A stretch of 61,009 bases of DNA, the filler included, from Stramenopiles sp. TOSAG23-6 (taxonomy: Eukaryota): NCBI GenBank assembly GCA_900128565.1. It is 14 parts of 14 records of this genome, joined end to end, with 100 filler letters (N's around TTAATTAATTAA, not from the genome) between each part and the next. Parts side by side here need not be neighbours in the genome. Positions count along the whole stretch, not along the records: positions 1 to 4,283 come from LT637205.1; positions 4,384 to 8,666 come from LT637206.1; positions 8,767 to 13,048 come from LT637207.1; 11 more parts are not named here. One strand, written 5' to 3'. Position 1 is the stretch's first letter. Every line of letters begins with the position of its first letter. The notes below the pieces were generated by a model. The model had not been told where the DNA came from and did not search any database. It worked only from the letters and a program-made list of their open reading frames with translations. Shown here piece after piece: positions 1 to 9,308 of the stretch. A program made the position numbers and the translations under genes.

Positions 1-66
1 TCGTACGAAATTTTGTACCTAACAAATTTTCAAATTTTTTTTTTGAAATATTTTTCCAAAATACAT
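1..66 (+). mobile_element. 3' part of repeated non-canonical intron (family copy, ends ...AAAATACAT)
   Basis: TCGTACGAAATTTTGTACCTAAC...GAAATATTTTTCCAAAATACAT followed by an open coding exon. Confidence 0.8.
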
Positions 67-221
67 TAATGGATTTGGAGGATTGTATAAGGGTACTTAC
101 TAATTTACCTGCTGGTCTTGATGAAAATCGATTATTTTCATCTATAGAATCTGTAAAGATAAATATAAAATCATTCCAGAAACTTTTAAAAAGTTCATCT
201 AGGGATGGATTTATATTGTAA
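67..221 (+). CDS. last exon of probable TBC/Rab-GAP protein (partial)
   Basis: MDLEDCIRVLTNLPAGLDENRLFSSIESV resembles the C-terminus of TBC1D12/14-type RabGAPs; stop TAA at 219-221. Confidence 0.45.
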
Positions 222-281
222 GAAAAAAATAAAACTTTTAAAAAGTTCATCTAGGGATGGATTTATATTGTAAGAAAAAAA
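180..281. repeat. 52-bp-period tandem duplication spanning the stop codon
   Basis: AAACTTTTAAAAAGTTCATCTAGGGATGGATTTATATTGTAAGAAAAAAA occurs twice. Confidence 0.85.
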
Positions 282-440
282 ATAAAGCAAAGTGTAATAA
301 CCAAAGTAAGAAAATGATTTTATTTTTAAAAAAACCTATCAAAAGACACACAGAAGAGTTGGTCAATGTATTGATTTTATTACTTTTCGTGTATTTTTGT
401 TCTACGATTGTAAACGTCCCTCGCGACCTCTCCAATTCGC

Positions 441-537
441 GTTATAGAGGATATCGCAGACTCTCTTCTTAATTACTAGGGTTAGGGTCACTATTCTAGG
501 GTTAGGGTTATAGAGGATATCGCAGACTCTCTTCTTA
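441..537. repeat. 31-bp direct repeat flanking TTAGGG-type insert
   Basis: GTTATAGAGGATATCGCAGACTCTCTTCTTA at 441-471 and 507-537; spacer contains CTAGGGTTAGGG twice. Confidence 0.85.
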
Positions 538-581
538 TATGATTACACCAACTACTAAAATCGCTAAAAGTAAAAAGTGAA

Positions 582-2038
582 TTATTTTCTCCTTCCTGGG
601 TATAAGAAGTTCAAAAGCATATCAGCTGCATCAGATTCGACAGTTGTAGGAGATATTGAAGGAGATCTACTACTTCTAGTAGCAGATGTTATTGATGCCA
701 TACTACTGCAACTTAGTTTACGATCTGCGATACTACTGCAACTAAGCTTGCGATCACAATGTTCACCATTAGGAGAGGAATAAGAGGATCCAGGAGATTC
801 ACCAGATGATGAAAGGCTATACAAGTCTGGAGGACCTGTATATATCGCGAAAAATAGTTCAAACATTTTAAAATTTTTGTTAGGTACAGAATGTTCAAAA
901 AAAAAAAAAAATCAAAAAAAAAAAAAATAAAATCATAGACACATACATATTGGTTTACAGGTGACATTTTTCCTCTACCTTCCAAGGACAAACTACCCCG
1001 ACGTAAATATCCTTCTCTTTCTATCATTGGTAATTCAGGAGGGGCAGATATATTCGGTAATTGCCAAGATGGGTGGTTTACTAGATGTGATGGTTGAGAC
1101 AATTTCTTTCTAGAAGTTTTTGATATACTCGAAGAAAATCCATCTTTTGAAGTTTTCTGTTTTTTAGCACTTTTTCCTTTTTTTCTTGAGCCGCGTTTCA
1201 TAGGTCGAATGACCCGTAGAGCTCCAGTTTTACCAGAACGACATTGTAGTGTAAAAGTCCGTCCTTCGCCGATTTTACCCATTGCTTCTTTATACGCACC
1301 AGCTGCTTCTTCTTCAGATGAAAAGTCACCCAAATTGTAAGACAAGCCCTCATGCTGGAGTTGGGCTCGCCATTTCTTTCGCTTTGATATCCACGAAACA
1401 CCACGGTAAATACTCGTAGGTGGGCGCTTTTTTACAGCATTTGCACCTTGTCCAAAATTTAATCGGGCTCGTGACCCGTGGAGCTCAAGTGCACGCTTGT
1501 CATATGCCCTGGCTGCTTCTTCCTCTAAATGAAAGCTCCCTAAAAAATGTTTCTTTCCCTGATTGTATATCTGAGCATGCCATTTTTTACCTTTACCTGC
1601 AGAGGTTCGAATATAGACCCCGCGATAACTTGATGTCGATGTGCTCAACTTTAAGGTAGGACATATATTTTTTTGTTTTATTACCAATGGCCCTTTTGCT
1701 GGTTGTTTTTCATCTACTTTTTCGGTGCGTGNGGGTAAGACTGGTGTAGATATAGACGCTATTTTAGATTTTATAACTAAAGATCCATTACACAGAGTTT
1801 TACTAGTACCATTAATAATATTGGAATGTGTAGCTTGAGGCTTTTTTGTAGCTTCACCGGGTGAAAGGGAAGAAAGAACTGAAGCTGACAGCTTACGCTT
1901 CCCAGAGTTAGATGTTGAAATATTCATATCTTTCTTTTTGTTTTCTACTGCCCCAACTGAAACAACAGTACACTCTATTGAAGACGTTCCTCGATTATTT
2001 AGCTCTGCATAATTGACGTTCTTACGAACGCGACTCAT
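582..2038 (-). CDS. AP2/ERF-domain transcription factor (two AP2 domains); exons 2038-947 and 839-582
   Basis: SSYRGVY..KWHAQI..HFLGSFHLEEEAARAYD and SIYRGVSW..KWRAQL..LGDFSSEEEAAGAY; GT..TAT splicing gives a Ser-rich tail (last-exon frame uncertain). Confidence 0.85.
840..946 (-). mobile_element. family intron GT...TAT (107 nt)
   Basis: tat|GTATGTG...TGTACCTAAC...GAACTATTTTTCGCGATATAT|aca; an alternative CAG lies 4 nt further on. Confidence 0.65.
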
Positions 2039-2468
2039 TATAAAGGAACTATAGTAAAGCTTCAAGCTTTCTGTTTGGTGTGTGTCCACAACAGTGCGTT
2101 CGACTCGCAAACGACGTTTGACAGCGAGTTTTTGTTCGTTGCGAGTGGCAAAAAAAAACGCAATTAATGCCACGTGGCAATCTCATCTCAAATCGGAATG
2201 TTGACATATCAACTCGATCAACTCTCAAATTAATTATGAAATTCAAAGACTAATACAAATCAGACAAGACTTTGTTTGTAATCTTATTTTCATTTTTTTT
2301 TTATTTTTTTTCATTTTTTTTTATTTTTTTTTATTTTTATTTTCTATGTACAGTTGAATACTATGTACAAGTTTTGTATACAATCCATATTTTCCCATTT
2401 ACACGTTTTACACTTTTGCCGACTTTTGCTGTAACTTTTCAAAACAATTCTTGCTTTCTTGCCACCAA

Positions 2469-3557
2469 TTATTCCTCGTGCTTTAGCCGCATCACGTGCT
2501 GCCTTTGCAAAGGTAGATATGGCGGATATATTAGCGCAAATCTCAATAAATCATTTGAGGAATCATCCGAATCATCCAAATCACCAAATAAATCATTTTG
2601 ATATATTTGTTGTAATCTTAAAAGTTCTTTTGTTTCCGCTGCTGCTTTTGCTGCTGCTGCTTTTGCTTTGTTTTCTTGACGTCGATCTTTCTTAGCCTCA
2701 CGTAGCGGTTCGAAATACAGCAATGTGCTTTCGTGTACTGCTGTTTTTGCTTCTGCTTCTGCTGCTTCTGCTGCGTTTGCTGCTGCTTTTGCTGCGTTTG
2801 CTGCTGCTGCTGCTGTTGCTTCTTTTGCTGCTCGTTTTCTTTCTTTTATTCCACGAAGAAAACCTGTAATTGTTTTTACTGCTGCTTTTTGTTCCGGTTC
2901 CGTTGGCCCAGAAGGTGGTGGCGTTGGCCCAGAAGGTGGTGGCGTTGGCCCAGAAGGTGGTGGCGTTGGCGCTGGATCTGTCACTGAACCATCTTTCTCC
3001 TCAAGGACTGCGTTTTCGACTTTGAATTTGATTCCCTCTTCTTTCAAGTTGGATTGAATTTTTTCAGAAAATTTAGATGCAATAATAGCTTCCCCCTGAA
3101 TCGCTTGAATGGTAGTATCAAATTCATGATGTTCTGATGGACACCCATTGTTTAATTCCACGACTTTTATCACTGACGTTGATCCCATACGCGTGTTCAT
3201 AAGAACCTTTTTGGTTTCTTTGACAAACTCTTCACAAGACATTTTGGCAAGTGAGTTAAGTCTACGTCCGGGTGCACGGTCTTTTTCATCAACTTTGAAA
3301 ATGTAGCTTTTGTGATACATTTTCTTCTTTGACTTCTTGAGAAATACAGTTGGAATAAGAACTCCAATTGAAATGACTACAACAAGTGCAAGGATAATAA
3401 GTGCAGTACGTCGAGTCCCAAAAACGTTTTTCTTCTTTGTCGTTTTCGGTAAGGAAATCTTTTTCTTTTTGGGATCTTCCGGTGTAACAATGACTTGCAC
3501 ATTGACTGGAGTCTCCTTGGTTTTTGATTCAATCGATTGGGAAGAAGAAGACGACAT
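2469..3557 (-). CDS. type II membrane protein with PTPPPSG repeats and Ala-rich region, unknown function
   Basis: single hydrophobic anchor ALIILALVVVISIGVLIPTVFL; 21-bp tandem repeat at about 2901-2970. Confidence 0.7.
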   Translation of the reverse strand: MSSSSSQSIESKTKETPVNVQVIVTPEDPKKKKISLPKTTKKKNVFGTRRTALIILALVVVISIGVLIPTVFLKKSKKKMYHKSYIFKVDEKDRAPGRRLNSLAKMSCEEFVKETKKVLMNTRMGSTSVIKVVELNNGCPSEHHEFDTTIQAIQGEAIIASKFSEKIQSNLKEEGIKFKVENAVLEEKDGSVTDPAPTPPPSGPTPPPSGPTPPPSGPTEPEQKAAVKTITGFLRGIKERKRAAKEATAAAAANAAKAAANAAEAAEAEAKTAVHESTLLYFEPLREAKKDRRQENKAKAAAAKAAAETKELLRLQQIYQNDLFGDLDDSDDSSNDLLRFALIYPPYLPLQRQHVMRLKHEE

Positions 3558-3707
3558 ACTCTTTAATGAGTACACTTTGTATTGCTGGTATTGCTACTCG
3601 ATGCGCACTACCTACACGTATGTGTGTGCGCACTTGAGTTCGTTTGGTAACACGCGGTTTCAATATTGTCAGGTAGTTCCTGGCGCGTCATATACCTCTG
3701 ATCCAGA

Positions 3708-3726
3708 CTGACTCTCTCTCACTCGT
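3708..3726. promoter_or_regulatory. candidate upstream motif CTGACTCTC(T/G)CTCACTCGT
   Basis: 18/19 identical to 36983-37001; both lie upstream of minus-strand genes. Confidence 0.35.
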
Positions 3727-3962
3727 GACTCGGAAAGAAAAATCAAGAACAGGTTTGTTCAAAAATCGATTTTCGGAATGTTCAGAACATATCAAATTAA
3801 TAATTATTTATGATGTATGTCATTCATTATAACTTATGTAACAATTTATATCTGGGGATAAAAACAAACTTCACTGTGTTTAGTAGTATAATATGGAATA
3901 ACACACAATAATGTTTATTTTTTTAAAATTCTCAAATCTAACTATCTTCGCCCTAACCCTAA

Positions 3963-4234
3963 CTATCTTCGCCCTTTACCATTTCGTTTACATTCCCATA
4001 TTTTATGAAGTTCTTTTTTTGCCTCTGCAATTTCATTAAATTTTCGCATTGCACGTTTCTTATTTCCCTGTGCTTTGTCAGGGTGCCATTTCTTGACGAG
4101 TTTACGGTGTTGTTTTTGTAACCACTTGCATCGACTTTGGAGATTCAGCTCCTCAATATTAACAGGTAATTCCAAAACTTTATGATGGTCTCGATGCTCT
4201 AGCCACATTTTTTCCTCATGTTGTGCACTTCTCC
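3963..4234 (-). CDS. DnaJ (J-domain) protein, last exon (partial)
   Basis: KQHRKLVKKWHPDK..AMRKFNEIAEA, with the HPD motif. Confidence 0.85.
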
Positions 4235-4283
4235 AAGTATTGTGAAAAAATATTTCAAAAAAAAATCTAAAAAAGTTTGTTAG
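4235..4283 (-). mobile_element. 3' part of family intron (apparent end ...CAATACTT), truncated by contig end
   Basis: CTAACAAAC...GAAATATTTTTTCACAATACTT. Confidence 0.65.
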
Positions 4284-4383
4284 NNNNNNNNNNNNNNNNN
4301 NNNNNNNNNNNNNNNNNNNNNNNNNNNTTAATTAATTAANNNNNNNNNNNNNNNNNNNNNNNNNNNNNNNNNNNNNNNNNNNN
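4284..4383. other. artificial contig linker N-TTAATTAATTAA-N (others near 8711, 13093, 17472, 21849, 26224, 30595, 34953, 39311, 43661, 48011, 52361, 56708)
   Basis: identical six-frame-stop spacer within N runs every ~4.35-4.38 kb; contig lengths decrease steadily. Confidence 0.97.
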
Positions 4384-4443
4384 GTACAAAATTTCGTACG
4401 AAAAAAAAAATCGATTTTTTTGTAAAAAAAAAATAAAACATAC
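4384..4443 (-). mobile_element. 5' part of family intron, truncated
   Basis: gtat|GTATGTTTTATTTT...TTTCGTACGAAATTTTGTAC. Confidence 0.75.
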
Positions 4444-4945
4444 ATACTTTGACGGTATCGGAAGAGGTAAGAGTTTGGATTGCGTTACCAGCATATGAAG
4501 GTCGTTCAAAAGTGTTTTCATCAATGAATTTAGTAACATCGGAAATTTGAGCAACGTCAAGTTTTGCAGCAACTCTAGGAGACCAGTTCCGTCCGCTGTT
4601 ATTTGCATCAGTCAAAATGTGTGTATAGTTACCAGCTTCTTGTACACTTAGGACAAGGGCAGACAGATTCTCTGCTACGGCATTGCTATACGCTGCATTA
4701 TCTGCTAATAAAACTTTGTCAACACCAGCCACTTTAGACGCTTGCTCGGCAACAGAGCCACAATCTGTACCAGCCACTAACATTGTTACGTCACCACCAA
4801 TACTCTGAGCTGCAGTAACAGCCGAAAGAACACAAGCATCAAGATCAGCATTATTGTGCTGCGCTACAACAAGTGTTGATGCATAGCGATGCGTAGTGGT
4901 AGAACTCCTTCGCGCAATTGAAGAAATGATACGAGAGGATAACAT
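4444..4945 (-). CDS. ETFA: electron transfer flavoprotein alpha subunit, exon 1 (partial)
   Basis: mitochondrial presequence; STLVVAQH, PRVAAKLDVAQISDV, FERPSYAGNAI. Confidence 0.93.
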
Positions 4946-5429
4946 TTTGTTGTTAAAGGTTTAGCGACGTATAATGATGAACTGTTCCAAAATCAAGAAA
5001 GTTCTTTTCTGTTTCTTCTTCGCTTTGTTGTTGTTGTTCGAGTGTGTGACCCAAGACGAGACACAAAAAAACGAAAAAATGGAGGAAATCGAAATGTTGA
5101 CAAACCTGCTTGATTGTTTCGATTTCTCTCCACAGGTTTTGTTGACATTCTTTTGAAATTATTTTTTTTTACAAACTAGTCAATTCAATTGGGTAATTGT
5201 AATAAAAAAAATACCGTTGCATGTAAAAACTGCGAAAAGCTGCCAATATTCACCAAGGTTTTTGAAGAAAAAAAAAGAGATAACGTAGTATAATTATCGA
5301 TAATTATAGCCGATGTAGATTAGGTATAAAATTATTAAAATATTTGAATTACTTTACATAAAATTATGTGGGATGGCATTTTATTTACTTAGAGATAATG
5401 ACCCGCAGGGGACAGTTTTATAAGAAGTA

Positions 5430-6056
5430 CTAGAGCACCGCTAGCTGATGATCTTCATCTGGTGGTTCAACTGTGTGGTATGATGAGGAAGGGTTAGGGG
5501 CTACTAGGGTAAGGCCTTCCTTGGTATCCATGACAGCAACGGCAGCCGCTGGAACAGGTTGCTGCATTCTTTCCCCTTCAGTCGCAACGAGTGGGTCGCA
5601 AAATAACGAGTAGAACTCGGGGTTTAAATTCCTGGATTCTGTAGCCCTTTTTTTTACCTGTATCACAATAGAGAAACTGATAAACATAAAAGGAATGTCC
5701 AAAATCCTCAGCAGACGAAAAACTCGAAAAACTTCCTGCCATTCCACTCTGAGCACAACAATGAATTCAAGAATACTCAAAAAGCAACTGAAGAGAAGCG
5801 CAAATTTCAGAACTGAAAAAAAGCGCGTACCAGTGATACTCAGGACGTGCTGGGAATATCGAGAGGTAAAGAACATTTTAAACAATAACAGTTTCGTTGT
5901 AATGTCAAAAAAATCTACCAAGTTTTCTACAGTGTCAATGTTATGTATGTCTCCGAAATAAAGCACCATTAGAGTGATGCTGAAGACTACGTTGATCATA
6001 GTCAGGACCACAAGGTAATTACATAGTGTGATCAGAGTGCACACACAGAAAGCCAT
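5430..6056 (-). CDS. multi-pass membrane protein, unknown function
   Basis: 208-aa ORF with about four hydrophobic segments and a polar tail. Confidence 0.6.
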   Translation of the reverse strand: MAFCVCTLITLCNYLVVLTMINVVFSITLMVLYFGDIHNIDTVENLVDFFDITTKLLLFKMFFTSRYSQHVLSITGTRFFSVLKFALLFSCFLSILEFIVVLRVEWQEVFRVFRLLRILDIPFMFISFSIVIQVKKRATESRNLNPEFYSLFCDPLVATEGERMQQPVPAAAVAVMDTKEGLTLVAPNPSSSYHTVEPPDEDHQLAVL

Positions 6057-6519
6057 TGAAGTGATGGTTACATGAACAACATGATAATATCAACAGACAT
6101 GTTAGACAATAACAATCTTAGATGATACTACGTACTATACACGCAAGCCGACCGTTAACTTTGATTTCTTTGATAGAAAAACACGAAAAATCGTTTGAAA
6201 TGAAATCTAATCGTAATAAAAAAATCTTATTTTTCTTTTTTTATTTTTCCCAATTTTTTCTATGTTTTTTTATTTTTCCTAATTTTGCTTGCATTATTTT
6301 TTTATTTTTCCTAATTTTTNCTATGTTTTTTTATTTTTCCTAATTTTTTCATTTCAAATAATAAATTGACAGAATATGCTTTATATTCAAATACATCTTC
6401 ACACCAAGTGAATATAAATTATAGGCATATTTAATAAAGTCAATTCATTCCATTCAACAAACTGAATATCTTTCTTTCCATAAGGAAAAAAGATAGACTT
6501 GTCGAAGATATTTCACATA

Positions 6520-7299
6520 TCACTTTTTCTTTCTTGACAACGCTTGACAAGTCTCAACCAATCCTTTTGGACATTTAGAACAAGTATCAAGTATCCCTTT
6601 GTCAATAAAGGTCTCCAATCCAGATAGACACGGTGTACTGTACGGTGTACCTGGTTTACCACACTCTAACTTTTCTCTTGTTAGTATTCCTTGCGGACAG
6701 AGATTTGCAATAAATATCTTGTTTTTATTGCAATTGCTATTGGCTCCTATGTTGACTTCCTCTTTTTTTACCGTGCCTCTTCTTGTCTGGACTTTTGTAT
6801 AGCAAGTATTATAACAATCCCTTCCAAGTTTGCAGTCTTGTATTTTTTTTGCTTTTGCTTTTGCTGCTGCTGCTGCTTTTTCTGCTTTTCTTTTTTTTTC
6901 TTTTTCTGCTTCTCTTTTTTTTTCTTCTCTTGCTTTTCTTTTTTTTTCTTTTTTTGCTTTTTTCTTTCTCTCATCCAATGCTTCCTTGGCATTTTTGACT
7001 TTATTGAAACAATTTCCCTTTGAACTTGAAGTACCTGTTTTAACACATTTGTCCGTGCCTCCATTCAAATCGTTCAAATCGACACAAAGACTGCAACCAC
7101 CAAAGCGAAGTGAACGTTTAGCTCTAGCAATTAAGGAAGATTCGATGCATTTTCCCGGTGATTTGCCGCGATCACGGCACGGTTTTCCTCCAAAAATCCC
7201 TTTTAGTCTTCTTGCCGTTTTTTTCATGTCGATGGCGTGTACAAACGCCGTGTTATACAGTATAACCAAGAAAAGAAAGAATACACATGTTGTCTTCAT
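6520..7299 (-). CDS. secreted Cys-rich protein with Lys/Glu-rich coiled coil
   Basis: signal peptide MKTTCVFFLFLVILYNTAFVHA; two Cys clusters separated by a KKEKKRKA linker. Confidence 0.7.
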   Translation of the reverse strand: MKTTCVFFLFLVILYNTAFVHAIDMKKTARRLKGIFGGKPCRDRGKSPGKCIESSLIARAKRSLRFGGCSLCVDLNDLNGGTDKCVKTGTSSSKGNCFNKVKNAKEALDERKKKAKKEKKRKAREEKKREAEKEKKRKAEKAAAAAKAKAKKIQDCKLGRDCYNTCYTKVQTRRGTVKKEEVNIGANSNCNKNKIFIANLCPQGILTREKLECGKPGTPYSTPCLSGLETFIDKGILDTCSKCPKGLVETCQALSRKKK

Positions 7300-7775
7300 T
7301 GTATTTAATATGCGTTGTTTGTTTTGTCTTGTTTTCTGTGTTCTAGTATATACTTGTACTTTTATTGTACAGTGAACGTAAATTGAGAAAGATACGCTTT
7401 GCAAGAGAAAACACAATAGAAAAGCGCTTTGTAAAGTAACGGACGAAATCACCGGAACGACAACAACAAAACAACAAAAATTAAACCGCTCTCCACGAAA
7501 TCGTCTAGTTTTTTTTTGAAATCTTTGCTTTGAATTATTTTTTCAACCTCTCTCTGACTGACTCTTTTATCGACGACAACAAAGTCGCTGTATACTAACT
7601 AACTAGTACATAGGAATTACTTGACTGAAAAACGAATAGTCTCCCAACAAAGTCTCAAAGGTATTGAATTTCATTGTATTTTCATTGTGCTTGTGTATTA
7701 TTTGTGTTTTTCATATTCTCTGTGGTGTCATTTGAAGCTCAAAATTCTAGCGTAAAAGAAAAAAGTATAAAGTTA

Positions 7776-8291
7776 ATGTCACAATCAAATCTTGAAATTT
7801 CTTCAACAAAACCAAGACAAGACATCTGCGAGATTCGTGAGACGGTTAGTAAAGGTCTTGAAATTACTTCAACAAAACCAAGACAAGACCTCTGCGAGAT
7901 TCGTGAGACAGTTGGTAAAGGTCGTGGTTTATTTGCAACTCAGAAAATCGTAGCAGGAACATTAATAGAACGAGCCCCGTGCATTCGTGTACCAAAATTA
8001 GAATATGAACAGTATTTGAAGCATACAGTCTTAGAACATTATGTATTCACGTTGAAGTGCGGTGATGTTTTTGTCTCCCTTGGGAATGGTTCTATATTCA
8101 ATCATTCTCAAGACCCAAATATAGATTATAGAATCATTGAATCAAATAATGAGATTGAGTATTATGCCATTCGTAAAGGTGGTGTATCATCAGAAGGAGA
8201 GATTAAAAAGGATGAAGAATTGTGCATTTATTATGGACCTCGACCTGAGTGGGATGTTTATTCAGAAAGCGATGATGAAAGTGACTGGTAA
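7776..8291 (+). CDS. small SET-domain lysine methyltransferase
   Basis: GKGRGLFAT, GNGSIFNHSQDPNIDY, IKKDEELCIYYG; N-terminal 66-bp in-frame duplication. Confidence 0.9.
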   Translation: MSQSNLEISSTKPRQDICEIRETVSKGLEITSTKPRQDLCEIRETVGKGRGLFATQKIVAGTLIERAPCIRVPKLEYEQYLKHTVLEHYVFTLKCGDVFVSLGNGSIFNHSQDPNIDYRIIESNNEIEYYAIRKGGVSSEGEIKKDEELCIYYGPRPEWDVYSESDDESDW

Positions 8292-8611
8292 AACTATTCT
8301 TCAATTTTTTGTATAATAATACAATATATATACTATATAGTTAGGGTGCATAATAATAAATATAGAATTTCGTATATATAGTATAGATGTAAATAATGAA
8401 TATATTTTTATAGCTTTTTCATGTTTGTGTTTACATTACTACATTTCATTTTTTTTTTAAATTTTTTATCAAACAAACTTTTCAATACATTATAGCTTTT
8501 ATAGTTTGTTATAATAAAGATATATATAGATGAACTACACATGAAAATATTATAGTAAAACACATTGAATAATTAAACATTTCCGTTATTGGTTTGTCTA
8601 TACAAAATGGC

Positions 8612-8666
8612 ATGTATTTTGGAAAAATATTTCAAAAAAAAAAAAAACTAAAATTTGTTAGGTACA
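8612..8666 (-). mobile_element. 3' part of family intron, truncated
   Basis: GTACCTAAC...GAAATATTTTTCCAAAATACAT on the minus strand; host exon not identified. Confidence 0.7.
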
Positions 8667-8766
8667 NNNNNNNNNNNNNNNNNNNNNNNNNNNNNNNNNN
8701 NNNNNNNNNNTTAATTAATTAANNNNNNNNNNNNNNNNNNNNNNNNNNNNNNNNNNNNNNNNNNNN

Positions 8767-8829
8767 TTTTTTCATACGAAATTTTGTACCTAACAAATTT
8801 TACAAAAAAAATATTTTTTCAAAATATAT
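8767..8829 (+). mobile_element. 3' part of family intron (ends ...AAAATATAT)
   Basis: TTCATACGAAATTTTGTACCTAAC...AAATATTTTTTCAAAATATAT. Confidence 0.7.
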
Positions 8830-9145
8830 GTACTTCATATCATTTCTGATTGGCTTTTTCATGAATGGAACTATTCCTTTATTTTACGAGTTGTGTATAG
8901 AGACTACATATGGTACTGCTGGAGGAGGTACAACATCATTATTTTTGGTATTGGTTCAAAATGTAGTTCAAACATTATTTTTGACGATACCTATTGGAAA
9001 TTTAGGAACAAATTGGATGAATTGGATCACGTTATTAACGTTACCTCCAGCAATAGCGATACTTATCCCCTTTCAAGAAATTATGCTCCGAAGAGAAATT
9101 GATATTGTTAGATTTGGATCATATCATCAAATAATTGAGAATTAA
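8830..9145 (+). CDS. MFS transporter (FLVCR/DIRC2-like), last exon
   Basis: GFFMNGTIPLFYELCIETTY..GTNWMNW..RREID. Confidence 0.7.
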
Positions 9146-9308
9146 AAAGTATTTTTTATAATTATTGTTTCGTAGAAAATTTTGTACCTAATTTTTTTTT
9201 CCGTTATTCCCCCGGACGGTATCAAAGTTAACGTACTACGCGTAGTCCTACCTAAAAAGAACATTAGAAGAACAAAACCAAAGAGTAACAAAAAGAAGGT
9301 CTTTCGTA

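Noticed and set aside
2725-3057. Antisense ORFs (Ala/Cys/Phe-rich; also 6691-7375, 14988-15419, 59717-59960)
   Set aside because: Shadows of low-complexity coding sequence on the opposite strand or frame.
4328-4339. TTAATTAATTAA as a biological motif, or gene clusters spanning it
   Set aside because: Synthetic six-frame-stop linker; genes on either side are not neighbours.
9149-9210. Degenerate family motif (TTTCGTAGAAAATTTTGTACCTAAT) after the MFS stop codon
   Set aside because: No clear ends; possibly a UTR intron or relic, not callable.
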